A DNA stretch of 64,000 nucleotides from Lama guanicoe (Eukaryota), in assembly GCA_013239625.1 (NCBI GenBank), contig MU054925.1:18409496-18473495 (forward strand), in the 5' to 3' direction. The notes below the pieces were generated by a model. It saw only the letters and a list, made by a program, of their open reading frames with translations. It was not told where the DNA came from and did no database searches. How positions within the stretch are numbered: the first letter of the stretch is position 1; every line of letters begins with the position of its first letter. The position numbers were made by a program, and so were the translations under genes. Of the stretch, positions 63,690 through 64,000 are shown piece by piece.

Positions 63690-64000
63690 AGGTTGATAGA
63701 TGGAGATCTATTTCACACATTTTAACTGCTCTGGAATATCCCATTATAGGAATGGCTACAACTTATTTGTCATCCTTCTATAGGTGGAATTTTAGGTGAT
63801 TTTCCAACAAGGCGGCAGTGAGAATCCTTGTACACATTTCCTTGCACACATGCATGCAGGTTCCTTGAGAAGTGGAATTACAGAATAGAACCATTGGCAC
63901 ACTTTGAATTTTCCTAGGTGTCACCCAATTGCTCTCCAAATGGTGACACCAAATTACCCTCACCACAAAAAGCCTGTGAGTGAGTTTCCCCACATCTTCG
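63690..64000 (-). mobile_element. Old L1 3' fragment (L1M, antisense)
   Basis: atcccattatagg...ttaggtgattttccaa...tccttgtacaca...agaagtggaatta...ccaattgctctccaaatggtgacaccaaatta. Confidence 0.65.

Noticed and set aside
1-64000. CRISPR arrays, operons or other prokaryotic-type systems
   Set aside because: The sequence is clearly mammalian (spliced gene, LINEs and SINEs), and I saw no regularly spaced repeat-spacer array.

Overview
Mammalian genomic DNA, very probably a camelid (camelid-type tRNA-derived SINEs and L1 3' ends), from the EIF4E3-GPR27-PROK2 locus. It holds two protein-coding genes in convergent orientation. GPR27 (SREB1) is intronless on the + strand, ~11684-12694, lies in a CpG island and is largely masked by N gaps. 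PROK2 is complete, four exons on the - strand: join(36473-36378, 33020-32895, 26150-26088 [cassette], 24766-24662), giving 129 aa, or 108 aa without exon 3. The rest is intronic or intergenic DNA rich in L1, L2, MIR, MER (hAT), LTR and SINE relics. Notable observations: (1) an apparent in-frame ~123-bp deletion removes the conserved SREB-family third intracellular loop motif from GPR27; (2) a ~2.15-kb, ~99% identical head-to-tail duplication (1885-6181) doubles a CTCF-like motif; (3) one N gap matches the missing coding length exactly, which suggests a reference-guided consensus and calls for caution over (1) and (2); (4) several candidate regulatory structures surround PROK2 and GPR27 (E-box enrichment, a palindromic STAT-like pair, an octamer cluster, a duplicated HRE core). 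I found no evidence for a wholly new gene system. Comparisons with human proteins and repeat consensuses are from memory, not from a search.
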